DNA of 64,000 nt from Camelus ferus. Lineage: Eukaryota. The position numbers and the translations under genes were made by a program. How positions within the stretch are numbered: the stretch's first letter is position 1; every line of letters starts with the position of its first letter. The notes under the pieces were generated by a model. That model was not told where the DNA came from and made no database searches. It was given only the letters and a program-made list of their open reading frames with translations. Location: the NCBI RefSeq assembly GCF_009834535.1, contig NC_045697.1, positions 80,602,001 to 80,666,000 of the forward strand, in the 5' to 3' direction. Shown one piece after another: positions 1 to 12,589 of the stretch.

Positions 1-399
1 CGTATTTAGAAACACTACCTTTCAAACTCCTGGAAGACACATTCCCCTAGCTTCTAGAGCCCACTGCAGTCCTCAGAGGCCTCCATGGATCCTGTCTTCC
101 TGGACCAAACCCCCAGCCCTCCTGACTGTGTGCCTGACTGTACACAGTGTGGATGCAGAAGTTGGCTATGGACAGGCAGGAGGTCCAATTCAATCAGTCT
201 CCAGAAAGAAGCTGTAATTAAAACTTGACACTTAACCATTTCCTAAGAGATTGTCTGGAAAAAAATCCCACTATGCTTTTCAGCCCTTTTTATTTGAGTC
301 TTCATCATAACGTCAATCTTTCCAACGTATCTGCTTTAACTCAGATTCTAATCTCTATATATCTCTATACATTTCTCAGCTCTGATTCAGTCATTCTCC

Positions 400-1530
400 C
401 CTGCTAACTCCCTCTTTCCATAGAGCCTTCTGTTACTGAAAGTCTGTCATTAGCAAAATCCTCTATGACCTCATCTTTTTCCTGGACATTCCTCCCACCT
501 TCTTCCGCTAGCTGATTGCTAGCTATTCTCTCAGCCTGGTGCTGGCTTGGTGATAACCCCAATTATCACAGAGTCTGAAGCAGGGCTGCGTATCCCTCTA
601 GTTCCTCACTGGCACTTCTACACAGTTTGGCTCCTGTCTCTTTTTAAAAGTTCAACTTTTTTGAAAAGTGAGGCAACAGACTATAGACTCAGTATCTTCC
701 CTGTTAGAGTCTTTTATCCAATTCTAGGCCCTGCCCTCCCAATCCTCTGTTATAGATGATTTCAGTAACTGGCTCACTGCTTTTTTTTAACTTCAACTTC
801 TCCCATTATTTTTAATGATTTAAAGATCCACCTAAGTGATCTATCCAACTCCCTGCCTTTCTAATACCTCACCTTCCTCACATCTAAAGATGTTTTCCTC
901 CATCTCATTTTAGGACCCATTCCCCTATCATTTCTAAAAACCATACTACTTATAAAATTTTGATCCCAAGCACACATTACCCCAATTACCATTATCTATC
1001 TTTTCAGCTTTCCAAGTTTATTGTAATGTCCTCACTTCAACCCTGGACAGACAGTCAATCCATTGACCATGGCACTTTTTTTGAGAACATAAACCCCTTA
1101 AAGTCTTCTGCCTTTCTTTGCCTGGTTTAGAGTGCACGATCCTACTCTATTCATTTGTCAAAGCTCCAAATCTAGTTAAAGCCACCTCTTCACACAAGCA
1201 CCTGAACATGGAGTGGGAAAAACAAACAAGTGATGACTGGTCTCTGTTTAAACTTATGACCACAAATCTCAAATAGGCTCTCATTGCTGTCCGGTATTTT
1301 TACAGCATTTCCCTACTTAATTCACTTTCTCACTCTCCTAGAAGAATATTTTCTATCTCTGTCTTTAAACCATCAGATCCTTATTCTCATCTAGTGACCT
1401 CATTTGTTATTTCATATAGAAAGTAGGATAATTCAGAAGAGAATTACCTCATATTCTCCAAAATCAAATCTTTCAACCTCTTTGAATCTGTACACCCATA
1501 CCCTCATGTTTTTCATATTAAAAAGAATAA
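400..1530 (+). mobile_element. LINE-2 internal (ORF2) relic
   Basis: Pyrimidine-rich degenerate L2 motifs, e.g. GATCTATCCAACTCCCTGCCTTTC (~838) and GACTGGTCTCTGTTTAAACTTATGACCACAAATCTCAAATAGGC (~1235). Confidence 0.7.
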
Positions 1531-1539
1531 ACTGGTACA

Positions 1540-2785
1540 AGTAGAAGGACTTACATTCCGGATATCAGTATTTATTATAAAACTACAGTAGTTAAGAGAA
1601 TGTAGGATTGGTAAAAGAATAGACAAAGAGACTAATGGAATGGAATAGAGTCCAGAAACAGACCCAAATATGTGCATTTATCTGATTTATAAAAAAGGTA
1701 ATACTGTAGTAAAGTGGAGAAAGTATGATATTTTTAATAAATGTGTGGATCAAATAGATTCACAGATGGAAAAAATATTCTTAAACCTTGACTTATATCA
1801 TACTACAAATTAATTCCAGATGAATTGTAGATGTAAACAGAAAAATAAAACAATAAAACTTTAAAAAGGCCATTGTCATGATCCTAATTTAGTCAAAGAT
1901 ATCTAAATAGGACCTAAAGAAAAAGATTATAAATAAGGCTACAATAAAAATAAAACCCTCTGTTCATCAAAAAACATAATTAAGAGACTAAAGAAGCAAG
2001 TTACAGAATGGGAGAAGCTATTTGCAATACAAATACTTGACAAAGGAAAAGAATATAAAAATAATCACCACAAATCAATAAGGAAAAGCATTCACCTAAT
2101 GAAAAAAAAAGGCCAAAAAACGGAATAAATAACAAGGAGATATCCAAATAGCCCATAAAAATATGAAAAGATGTTCAATTTCTTTAGTCATCAGGTAAAT
2201 GCAAATCAAATCATGATTGTATACCAATGCATAACAACCAGAATGACTAAAATGAAAAAGACAATGCCAAATGTTGACCAAGATGTGACACAAACAGAAT
2301 TCTCCATGCCTTGCTAATGAGAGTGTATAGTGGTAGAACCACTTTCAGTAACTGTTGGGCATTATCTATAAAAATGGAACATACACATCCTGATAACCCA
2401 GTAATCCTATTTCTTGATAGATACTCAAGAGACATGTGTACATATGCTCACCAAAAAACATATACAGGTATGTTTATGGTAGCACTATTAATAATGGCCA
2501 ATGGCCCAACAATGGAAATAACCCATATGTCATTCAAGAGAATGGATGAATAAATTATAGTAGATTTATACGAAAGAATACTATTCAGTAATGAGAATAA
2601 ATAAATTGTATCTACAGGCAACAATATGGATATATTTTCCAAATATTATGTTAAGAGAAATAAGCCAAATATGAAAAAAAACCCCTTCTCTATAATTCAT
2701 TTATATGAAGTTCAAAAACAGGTAAAATTAACCTAAGTTGTGAGAAGTTGGCAGAGTGACTGCCCATGGCGAGAGGCAGGGATTC
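1540..2785 (+). mobile_element. Old L1M (L1MC/MD/ME-like) 3' ORF2 plus 3' UTR fragment
   Basis: Typical L1 ORF2 3' motifs (TATTATAAAACTACAGTAGTTAAGAGAATG; AATAGAGTCCAGAAACAGACCC; ATATGAAAAGATGTTCAATTTCTTTAGTCATCAGG), with many stops and frameshifts. Confidence 0.88.
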
Positions 2786-3198
2786 TTTTTTAAAAAGAAT
2801 TAATGTATCAAGTATCCTATTACAAATACACACTATTTGAGTTACCTTTGCACTTGTTAAAAATAATCATTGTGGTATTTCAAGTGGGAAAAATGAATAA
2901 CAAAATAGTAAAAACACAAAATTTTTGCCAAAGATATAAATTCAGCTCATACTGCCAATCTTTCCTACTCTAAAGTCTGCATAAAACACATCTAAATTTT
3001 GCAAAACTTGTAATTCTCTTTCTGAGGCCTTCACTATATTCTCTTTAAAGAAGAAATGATGTCATTTCTCCATGTCTTTATTTTAAAAACTGTAAAAAAA
3101 AAAAAAAAAAGGTGAGAAAAGTACTTTGTACTAAATCAAACGTAGGCAGCCACTTTCTCAATCAACCTTTATATCACCAGTTCAACTTTGAACATCTA

Positions 3199-3570
3199 TA
3201 GTGTTGTTTCTCAAAGTCCAGTGTACAGAAACTCTGCATCACTACCTTTCTTGGACTCTATTGGCACATTCACATAAAATGGGGATAACAATAGTAACTA
3301 CCTCCAGGAACGTTGTAAAGATTAAATGTGATAAAAATGCATTATTTTGGAACACAGTAACTGCTCAGTAGATGCTAGCCTTTAGCAGTAACACTCTTAA
3401 TTTATATTAGTGCTATTATTAGAATAACCTGACACATTTGTTAAATTACTATTAATTTCTGGGCTCAACCCCAGACCACTGAAGCTGAATCATTGGTTGG
3501 GCTTGGAAATCTGCACTCTAGTTAGCATTTTGGCTGATTCTTTTTGCACACTCAAATTTGAAAATCACTG
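3199..3570 (+). mobile_element. MER5-type hAT-Charlie element apparently split by a MIR (~3241-3417)
   Basis: Left end TAGTGTTGTTTCTCAAAG...GCATC, and right part ATTAGAATAACCTG...CCCCAGACC...TTTGAAAATCACTG. A MIR core (TAAAATGGGGATAACAATAGTAACTACCTCC) lies between them. Confidence 0.65.
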
Positions 3571-5972
3571 TCCAGACATTAGGGCTTGCTTACTTGTTCC
3601 TCACAGTTCCAATACAGGGATCTGCACACAATGAATGCTTACTGACAGGCTGACTTATGTTCAATATTGCCAGACTGATATGATGTAAATTATTAAGGAA
3701 TCTGTAACTTATTATAGATTTATGCAGTATAAGGGAACAGATTTTTACATATTGACTCCAGCAAAATATAAAAGGAGGGTTGTTTTGTTTAAAGTAAGTA
3801 TCAAAAGTAACTCCAGCTTCAAAGACTTAAATTCTTTCTTTATAAATGTGAAGATATTTGAACCCTATCATATTTCACATAACCTATTCTTGCCCTTCAT
3901 ATCCCTTCAGTCCAGTTAGGTATTTTATTGCTTTTCTTTTTAACTTTAGAGGATCCAGGAAGCACAGACACGTGCTCATGCAGAGCACAAGTGACCACAT
4001 CCCCAGCCTTGCATTATTACTATTAGGCCCAGGACTAGGTGTCCATAGCCACTTTCTTTCTTACAGCTGTGTTCATTTAAGAAAAGTTCCAGCAATTTGT
4101 TTAAAAGGAGAACCTAAAGTGCAAATGTTTAATTCAACTGTTTAATTCAAATAGAAATTTAAGTCAAATCACAGTAGCTATTTGAACTCTTGCCTGTAAG
4201 ACAGTTACACAACTTGTTGCACTGAACAGAAAAATTTAATAGGAGAATAAATCTTCTCGTGAGATGTTTGCAATGAAAGAACATGAGATTCAACCTTTGA
4301 GAAAAGGGGAAAATGAGGATTTACTTCCACCTTCATTTCTGCTTCATGTCATTAAGTAAACATAAAGATTAAAAGATAAAACCTAAATATTTTATCAGCA
4401 CAAGATAATGTTTAGGAGTTAAATGTTCCTGTTTGCTGAAAAGTCTTAAACATATGCTCCTTTGTGAAAGATAAATTCATATAATTCAGTTACATATTTT
4501 TCAGCTACTCTTGGCTATCTGAATAAATCTAAATTCTATAAATTTAGTTGAAGAGGTTCAGGGAGACTTTATGGCACATTTATTTCGTAAACCACATATA
4601 AGAATGTTTGGGATTAGACATGAAGAATTTGACCCCAGGCCACTGGATGGACTTGCTACTTTCCAGCCAACAATCTGCTCCTTTATAAACATAAATACCC
4701 TTGACTTTCTGATGCCACAATTAACCTTTAAAATGACTTCGAAGTACAGTGAGACTTCTTTTCTCTCTCCTTCTCAAGAGAGGGAAAGATTGGATTTTTT
4801 AACTTTCTGGCAATGATGCTAAGTTCTGACAGTTTGCTAAGCAGTGGAAATCATGTAGTAAGCAAAAGTCTCTGCAAGACAGAGATTCCTACAAAATAGT
4901 CTTTATTTTTCCAATGGATACTGGCTACTTTTATAGGATCCAATTCCAAGAACAACTTCACTGAAGAAGGGGTTCCTTAAACTGAAAATCACAAGATTCA
5001 TACACTGAAATCACTAAAGCTTTTCTTCTACCTCTATCCAGTGGTAGATGGACCACTAGTCTACTGGTCTCCTAGTTTATCTCTATTCCATACGCTGAAT
5101 TTGCACTTTCAAATCATTCACAATAACCTATAATTCTGACAGGATAGAGTAAAAATATGAAAATGAATAAACACTCTTAAGTGGAAGATTTAGCTATTTA
5201 GCAAAGCAATAATAATATTAAAAACACTCTGCTTAAGCATCCAACTAATCTGACTTTTCTTAGAGCTAATCAGAAAATTCTCCTGGAGGAGCAGCAGAAA
5301 ACTTATGAAGTTTGACTCGTGTTGAGCATTTACCATTGTATTTGTCCACATCTGAGAACTGCCTTACTAATTACATATTGCCTTTCTTAGTGATCCTGTA
5401 TGAGGAAATTACCTATCAAAGACTCAAACAGAGTCGTATATACAGTGGTGAGATTCTTATACTGCCTTCCATATGTTTCCTTGGCCCCTCTTTTCTCTGT
5501 GATTACCTGTAGCTTTGATTATTCAGTTCTAGATTTAAGAATGCACCAAGAGTCATGGAAGAATTTTGGTCTCTTTTTCTTAGCAATGATGGTGACAGTG
5601 AATTCTGTTGTGACACCAGAAAGAAAACCTAAGCATGCTCAAAAGCCAAAATAGATTTAGAAAAGGAGAACTCTTCTGGAGATCTCTGGTTGGTAGGTGA
5701 GAGTTTACAAGTTCTGATCTCATTTTAAAACTCCCAAAGGCATTTTTACAGCAAGCTCTAAAAGCAAGCTGAGACTAAACTAGTAAGGAGACTTTCAAGA
5801 TCATTAAGAGGGCATGCGTTTTAATACCCATCATAACTAAATACATTTTACTCATTCATTCATCCATTTATTCATTCAGTTCCCCATATTTTCTGCTACT
5901 TCCTTAAATTAGGAGCTGGATCTTAATAATATGCTTAAGATATCTTCAAGGAATAAATACTGAAGCAGTAAT

Positions 5973-5978
5973 ACTTAC
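5973..5978 (-). other. ARSJ: 5' splice donor of the ARSJ intron (phase 2); intron continues to position 1 and beyond
   Basis: Minus strand reads GGAAA|GTAAGTAT, a consensus U2 donor. The TAA that closes the ORF-track ORF is intronic. Confidence 0.93.
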
Positions 5979-6376
5979 TTTCCGGTAATAAGCTGACTCC
6001 TGGACGGTGTGCAAATAGGCTGGACATAGTAGTTCTCCAGTTTAACTCCTTCCGCAGCAAGCTTGTCAAGAGTGGGAGTCTTTATCTCTGATCCATGGTA
6101 ACCCACATCTCTAAATCCCTGATCATCCGCTAGGACGAAAATGAGATGAGGCTGGGAGTTGGCAGTTATGCTGGGCTCTGGGCTCTCTCCAGCTTGAGGT
6201 CGTAAAGCCCCTTCCTCTTCCTGCTCCAAGCCCTGGCCCCAGGACAGGTAACCATAGGTGAGGAGGCTGAGGACCCAGAAGCCTGCCAGCGCCCCCATGG
6301 CTAGCATCTTTCCCGGCCAGACCCAAGCCTGCGAGGGTGGCGGAGGCAGAGGCCCCGCGCAGCCCCTGGGGGCCAT
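5979..6376 (-). CDS. ARSJ: Arylsulfatase J, first coding exon (partial CDS; rest of gene lies left of the window)
   Basis: Translation MAPRGCAG...[26 protein letters not shown]...[58 protein letters not shown](K). It has a hydrophobic signal segment, the metal-binding ADD motif and the CTPSR formylglycine signature, and matches recalled ARSJ. The exon ends at a canonical AA|GTAAGT donor (GT at 5978-5977) and is 398 nt long. Confidence 0.97.
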
Positions 6377-7650
6377 TCACTCGGGTCGCAGCTGAGACTC
6401 CACGAGCAGAACCAAGTACCCTGCGCCGCAGCTGTCGCACACATGCACGCAGGAGGAGTAGACCCAACAGGCAATGGAGGGTCTCCACCTGGAAAGAAAT
6501 CCTGCGCTCAGCTGTCACCACGTCCAACAGCTTTAATCTTCCAGAGGTGATGGCTTAAGGTATGGGAAGAAGGCAAAACAAGGAGGAGTCGCTCTGCTCC
6601 ATCAAATTTCACTTTCCTCCTCCTCCTCGCTCGCCAAAGCAGCTTCCGTACAAAAAGTTAATACCTCTATCGAAAAGTTGTCAGGGGGAAAAAATCAAGT
6701 AAGGAATTGAGAACCACCTGGGGCAGGAACTTTTCCTGGCCAGACGTGACCAGAACTTTTCGACCTCGATGCCGAGGAGCGAGGTTCTCCCAGGCTCGCG
6801 AGCACCGATGGCTGTGAGTCGAAGGTCGGCAGTCGGTCGGGCAGTCCCCTCACCTGGAAAGCGCTGGGAAGCTCAATCCCCGCACCTCGCTCTTAACCGG
6901 AGAGATGAAGAGCTGCCCGGAGTGGACCGGCTTCCCGATCACTTTTCTCCACTTTTCCACGGCTATTTCTTTCGGTTCTTTAAGAGGTATTCGCCAATCT
7001 CCCCGACACTCACCAGGCGGCCAAGTGAGGAAAAGCACCCCGCTCTACTGATCTCCCTCCACTGACCACCCCTTCTCTGCAGGAACTTCGGGCAGCGGTT
7101 CCTTCTCCCGGCCGCTGGATCGCGTAGGGACCGAAGTTGGCCCCTGACTCTGTGCCCACTCCACGCCAAGCCCACTTGGTCTCCGCGGGGATGGTGCACC
7201 CGGGGATGGTGCCAGCTGCGTGCGTTTTGTCAGCGAACTTACTTAGTTTTGGCACTCGGAGTTCTTTGCTGCCTCCACCCTCTTTTTTCTCCAGTGAATC
7301 ACAGAACGGTACTTTCTGCTTTAGCTCCCCTAGGAAGAGGGGGAGGGATAAAGCCAGTTTAGAAGTTTGATCGTTCCGTTTTCCTTTCTGGGAGGAGGAT
7401 GGAGGCAGGGGAGGCTTTGCAGGAGAGCTAGAGAGAGCTGCACACTGCTTAAGCCCTGCGGGATCCAGGAGGATCCGCCTGGGCTCCGGCTTCCCTGGGT
7501 TTTCCGGGCTGCCCTCCAGCTTCTGAAGAAGGGAAAAACAGCGGCGGCGGGAATGAGGAAGGGTGAAGGGAGCTTCTCTTCGTGGGTCTGTAAATGAAGA
7601 GCCCTCTCACCCATCCCGAATGCTGCGCGTGCAAACTTTTTCCAGATTCT
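6000..7650. promoter_or_regulatory. CpG island covering the ARSJ first exon, 5' UTR and promoter
   Basis: Sharp rise in GC and CpG density (e.g. 6330-6450, 6760-7260, 7460-7630) against an AT-rich, CpG-depleted background. It overlaps the first coding exon. The TSS cannot be fixed from sequence alone. Confidence 0.85.
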
Positions 7651-8351
7651 TAAGGGAGAGAAAAGCAGGAGAAACAACAAACTGCGTAGCACTCTCTCCT
7701 TTCTTCCTCTTCTGGTTTTCCTTTCAGTCCCCCCATACACACCACCCCGCTATTTTTCCTGCTTCTTTTATCCCCATCTTTTTTTTTTTTTTTAAAGTCG
7801 CGACTACAAGTTGAATTTCCTTTCCCTGTTGCTGGCCCTTACTGCCTGACTTCCTCCTTAGCGTGTCCCTACGTGAAGATATTGAAATCGCCTCCTCCTT
7901 CTTACCTCTCCCCAAACTTACCCACAGCGTGTCTCCAGCCAAGGAAGTTGAGAGGAAGAGGAGTCACACATTTCACCCTCAGGAACCGCGAGGCCAGTCT
8001 GTACTCCTGCAGTAAAGAAACCACCATTTCCCACCTAGAAATCTGATGAACTTCGTCCCGCTCCCCTGACGTTTTTTTAAAATAACTATGTGGAGTAAAG
8101 CAAAAGTTTGTCCTGATTGTGAAGATACGCCTGCTTTTGCTAGAATTGTAGGTTTTTAAAGCCCTGCTCAAAGTCAGGAAGGGGATTTATAGGATCAGTA
8201 GGGGAGGTAATTCATGCCAAGAGCCACCGAGACTTGCCCTTTTCCCTCCCTCAACTTTATCTAAGTTATTTATTGAGCACCTACTATGTGTTGGCACAAA
8301 AAACGTCAGATACTCCCAGTTGCCTAAGCATAAATCTAGATTTCACTTAGC

Positions 8352-8440
8352 TATTTATTTATTTATTTATTTATTTACATTTATATTTATCTATTTACTT
8401 ACTTATTTTATTGAAATGTAGTTTATTTACAATGTTATAT
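8352..8440 (-). mobile_element. (TTTA)n tail plus very short 3' end of an L1
   Basis: TATTTATTTATTTA... followed by TTTTATTGAAATGTAGTTTATTTACAATGTTATAT, which is the antisense L1 3' terminus. Confidence 0.6.
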
Positions 8441-9059
8441 TCTACCCTGTTGCTAAAATTCCTGTTAAGTTTCTGGGCAAAACATTTGTAAAATGGAAAC
8501 TTAACACTTTTGAAATTTGCAGTGTGCTCCTTGCAGTTAATTTTGCTAACATGTGTAGCCTGCTACTAGTCTGTTCTCTTCCCTGAGGCCATTCTGGTTA
8601 GTCTGTGGAGAAATGGGCAGTTTTACAAGTCCTGCTTGGAAATGGGATCTTAGCAATTCTGTGAATTAAATCACCAAATATGTAATGAGTAAACTGAGTA
8701 TTGGGAGACTGAATGTATTGTGAGGTAATGCTCCTGGTTTTGTGGGCCTAACCAGGTGCTTGAGTAGAAAAGATGCAATAAATATTCAGATCAATCCAGC
8801 TACTTTTATTTGGGGAGAATCAATGATATAACACAAGAAGTGTCCATGTGGCTATGCAGGAAACAGGTCCATTTTCAGTTCAGATTTCAAACAAGAGTTA
8901 AAAAAAGAAACTTAATATTTATAAAATACTTACCATGTGCTAACAACAGTACTCTATATACTGATAAACATATGTATATATGCTTTAAGTATTTATATAC
9001 TGTTTTAGTGTTTTATACAGTTTACCTCCTTTCCTTCTCCACCAACCTTATAAGGTATT

Positions 9060-9370
9060 CACCGATTCAACAAGTATTTGAGGAGCTGGGCCAGTGGTAG
9101 AGGCTGAGAACATAATGGTGATCTAAGTCAGGCACAGCCTCTGTTCTAGTGAAACTTACACTGTGGTGGGAAAGAAATATACTCATCAACTAATTATCCC
9201 CAAACTCCATTACCTACTATGCTGTACTACTCCAAATAAGTATTCAGACAAATACTCAAAAGAGAAGGAACAAAATTTAATGAAATTTTAAAGCTTTAAA
9301 GAAAGCTGACTTAGACTGGGTGTGGTTAGTGGGTGAGGTGGTACTGAGAAGTGACCTTTAAACTGAGGGA
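9060..9370 (-). mobile_element. LINE-2 3' fragment
   Basis: ATTCAACAAGTATTTGAG...CAGGCACAGCCTCTGTTCTAGTGAAACTTACACTGTGGTGGG resembles the antisense L2 3' end. Confidence 0.55.
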
Positions 9371-12300
9371 GATATTATTTTGTTTGTTATCCCCCTTTTG
9401 CAGGAAATTTAGACTTGGAAATCTGTCTGACTTTAAAACCCATGTTTTTCAAAAGCTGTTCTTTCCACAAGTGGCTTTAAGATCTTTTCCAGCCACACAG
9501 CACAGAAAGAACACAGCTGCTAGAGTCAGAGAATCCTATTAATCCCCATAGAAGGAATGCAGACTCTCCACACTTATGACAGAAAGGCAGGACTCAGCCC
9601 TCAAAAAGTCATTTCTGGAGTAAATAAGACTAATGCTAAGGAAGACTAAGAACTACTTACAATTAGTAATAAGAGCTAAGAAATAAGAATGGTCATGCCA
9701 TGGTAGACCAAATGACATGTAACTCAAAGAGGAAAATTCAGCAGCTGGGTGCCCAATCCACAGTAGGAAATAGGGAAGGGTTGTTCCCATGTCTGTAAGG
9801 AAGACTTGAGAACAGTATCAGAGGCTGTTGAATGCTCTATGCTTTCTTGTACATATCCTGATATTATAAAAGTACAAAAATTCACATTTTTAACTATAGG
9901 ATTGGTTTTCATGCACTCTAAGCAACACTCTTAACATCCTCATGAAATCCCAAGTTAAAGACCCTCTGTAACCAAAGAGTTCTTTCCTGACTTTAGAGCT
10001 AGCATTTTGGTGTTCAGGCATCAGTTTTCCTAGTGGAATCACATCTTAGGTGTATTTTGGCACTCCTCTAGTTAAGAAATGACTATATAAAAACTAAAGG
10101 TAACCTTTGATTCAGTTTTTAAAAATAAGAAAAGTAGAATTGCTTAGAGATGTAATTAGTGTGGTCTGATTATTCAGTTGAAGCTTAATCAGGAGGTGGG
10201 AACTGAAGTCATGCTTTATAAAATGTGATAGAAATTTAGGAAGGAGGAGGAGAAGTTAAAGGAAGGACATTTTAGGCAAAAGAAAAGAGAAGACCAACTG
10301 GCTGAGACACATTTGTGCTGGAAGAGTTTGGGAAATAATACTAGGAAGTTCAGGTGACACCAGACATTGAGGGTCTTTGACATTAAGGACTGGAACTTGA
10401 TTTTGGGGGAATTAGGAGTGATGAGGTTCTTTAAACAAGACATAAGATGATAAAATATTCTATTAAATCTTATTAAATCATTTCTGGGATTTACAGAGAT
10501 TGAGGGCTGCAAGTGAATTGCCTCAGTCTGTAGAAGTTTGAAGAGTTGTAATTTTAACCTGAAAGTATGCCATCTGATGGGAGATGGGCATTCATTCAAA
10601 GTTTAGAAAGGAACACAAAGAACAAAGAAATAAGGGACACAAGACAGGATATCCTTTGATTGGATAATGTTAAAGAAGAAAAGAGTGGGTAAATTGGCAG
10701 GATGGTCACTACCAGAGAGGGGAGATCAGAATAAGTCACCACAGTGTGGCCTGGGGCTTCTCAGGGGACAGACCAAGGGTAGTGGATGGTGAGGGGTGGA
10801 GGGTGGAATGAAGGAGTGGATATGAGGAACCTATGGGTAAAAAGAGAAGCTAAGAAAATCACAGATGAGCTGTGAAATAGGTAGTTGCACAGTATTTCTT
10901 TGAAACATTTATGTTACTCTTCAGCATAAAGATATTTCCTCCCATTTTGAATGGACAGAATTGCCCTACCTTACAAATTGCATACACCAAACATTTGTTT
11001 GTTTGCTTTGCCTAGTAGGGCAGCATGCCTGCTACACTATATTCTTTTCTTCTGTAGGTATTTGCTTTCAATAAACATGTTCTCAGATGCTTACAAGATA
11101 CAGCTATTTTTTAAATACAGGTTTAAAAGAATGTGACAGTGGTCAATCCAGGGATTTATAGACTATTAAAAAGATTTAAAATCCTAATTGCTGCTTGTTT
11201 GGGTATACAAAAATGAAAGGATGTCACCAAGTTTAAATTCATACACAAAGTGTCTAAAACATATGTTTGTCCTAAAACAGAGATCTTAACATTGATCCCA
11301 TATAATAAACTCCTCATTAATCATTATTAACTTTTTATCACACTATAGAACTAAGGCTACTTTGAGCCATTGAATTATCACAAGAAACAACGGGTCTCTG
11401 AATAAGATCCGGTAGGATGCTTTAAAAAACATGGTTTGGTAATTAAGTTAAAATCACCTCCCTTTTTTTGAAAGTCTGTTGAAACAAGCTGTAATAATTT
11501 ATAAAGGAAAGGTGAGACACTAAAGTTTCAATTATGTATAAATGTAGCTACCCAAAAGTAGCAAGGTTTTCAACATTAGAAACTCAGAAAATCTGAATTG
11601 TCAAAGAAGGGATCTTTCTTCCATTCTATAAACATCTTTATGTGAAAGCAGACTTTTAAACAGAAGTTCATAATGGAAAAACCTGATAATTTCTATAATT
11701 TAAAAATCTGTTTTTATTGTTTAAATTGTAAATAAAATTCTGTATTATTTACATAGCAATTTTCTGTTTAGAATATTATATTAGTTCCTAAGCCTAGCTG
11801 CTTCTAAGAACCCTTTAAAGATTTTTATTTTAAGGAAATTCACAGTTCCACCCAAACCGTAAATTCAAATATCCAAAGTCTGAAAATATCTATGTTAGAA
11901 AAAACTTTCCAGGTAATTCTTGTGTGTATTGAGTTTTGAACACCACTGATCTAAAGCATCAAAAAGTTTTAATGCGATTGCTTAATGGATAATGGTGCCA
12001 TCTACCAAATATAACATGGGAAACACAGCTGAAAAATAGGTGGGTAAGTCTAGAGTCAGAACATCTGAGGACTAAGCACCTAGTTTCTGTAAGACGGCAG
12101 GAAAAAGTACAGTTGGGATATGGCTAAGCCACCAGGATCTAGAAAAGAAGGGTGAGGAATTAAAGCCTAAGTAGGTGGGTGAATACCCACTCAGGGACAA
12201 CAGTCTGTGCAGGCATTGCTGGATTTAGAGACACTCAAAGGGAAGACCAGCAGGAAAAGCTAAGTCGTAAGTCCATCTCCTCCATTGTGATTTCTTTGGA

Positions 12301-12589
12301 TAAAATTCCTGGTACTCTCCCTGTGGCATTGGCCAAAGGTGTAAGGTGCTGACCTGGGATTGGAGTAATCTGGTGTCTGGTCTCAGTGGGCTGAGATGTG
12401 AAATCCGGAGTCAATGCTAATCAGTAAGAGTAAGTGCCTGATCTGGAATCCAGGAAGTAGTATATTCCTGACCATGGATTTTATGAATTTATAACAGTCA
12501 TATGAATTTAAGAATATAAGAATCATAAGAATCAAAGAATAAAAATTGTATGAATTTATAAGATAATAAATAGTAAAATCAATAGAAGT

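Noticed and set aside
5975..6376. 133-aa ORF as a complete protein
   Set aside because: Its stop codon lies within the GTAAGT donor. It is the first exon of a much longer sulfatase.
6123..6527. 134-aa alternative-frame ORF overlapping ARSJ
   Set aside because: It starts at TTG rather than ATG, has no recognisable domain, and is expected by chance in GC-rich DNA.
6337..8171. Cluster of 60-136 aa ORFs on both strands in the promoter region
   Set aside because: GC-rich DNA is poor in stop codons; the translations are low-complexity with no family resemblance.
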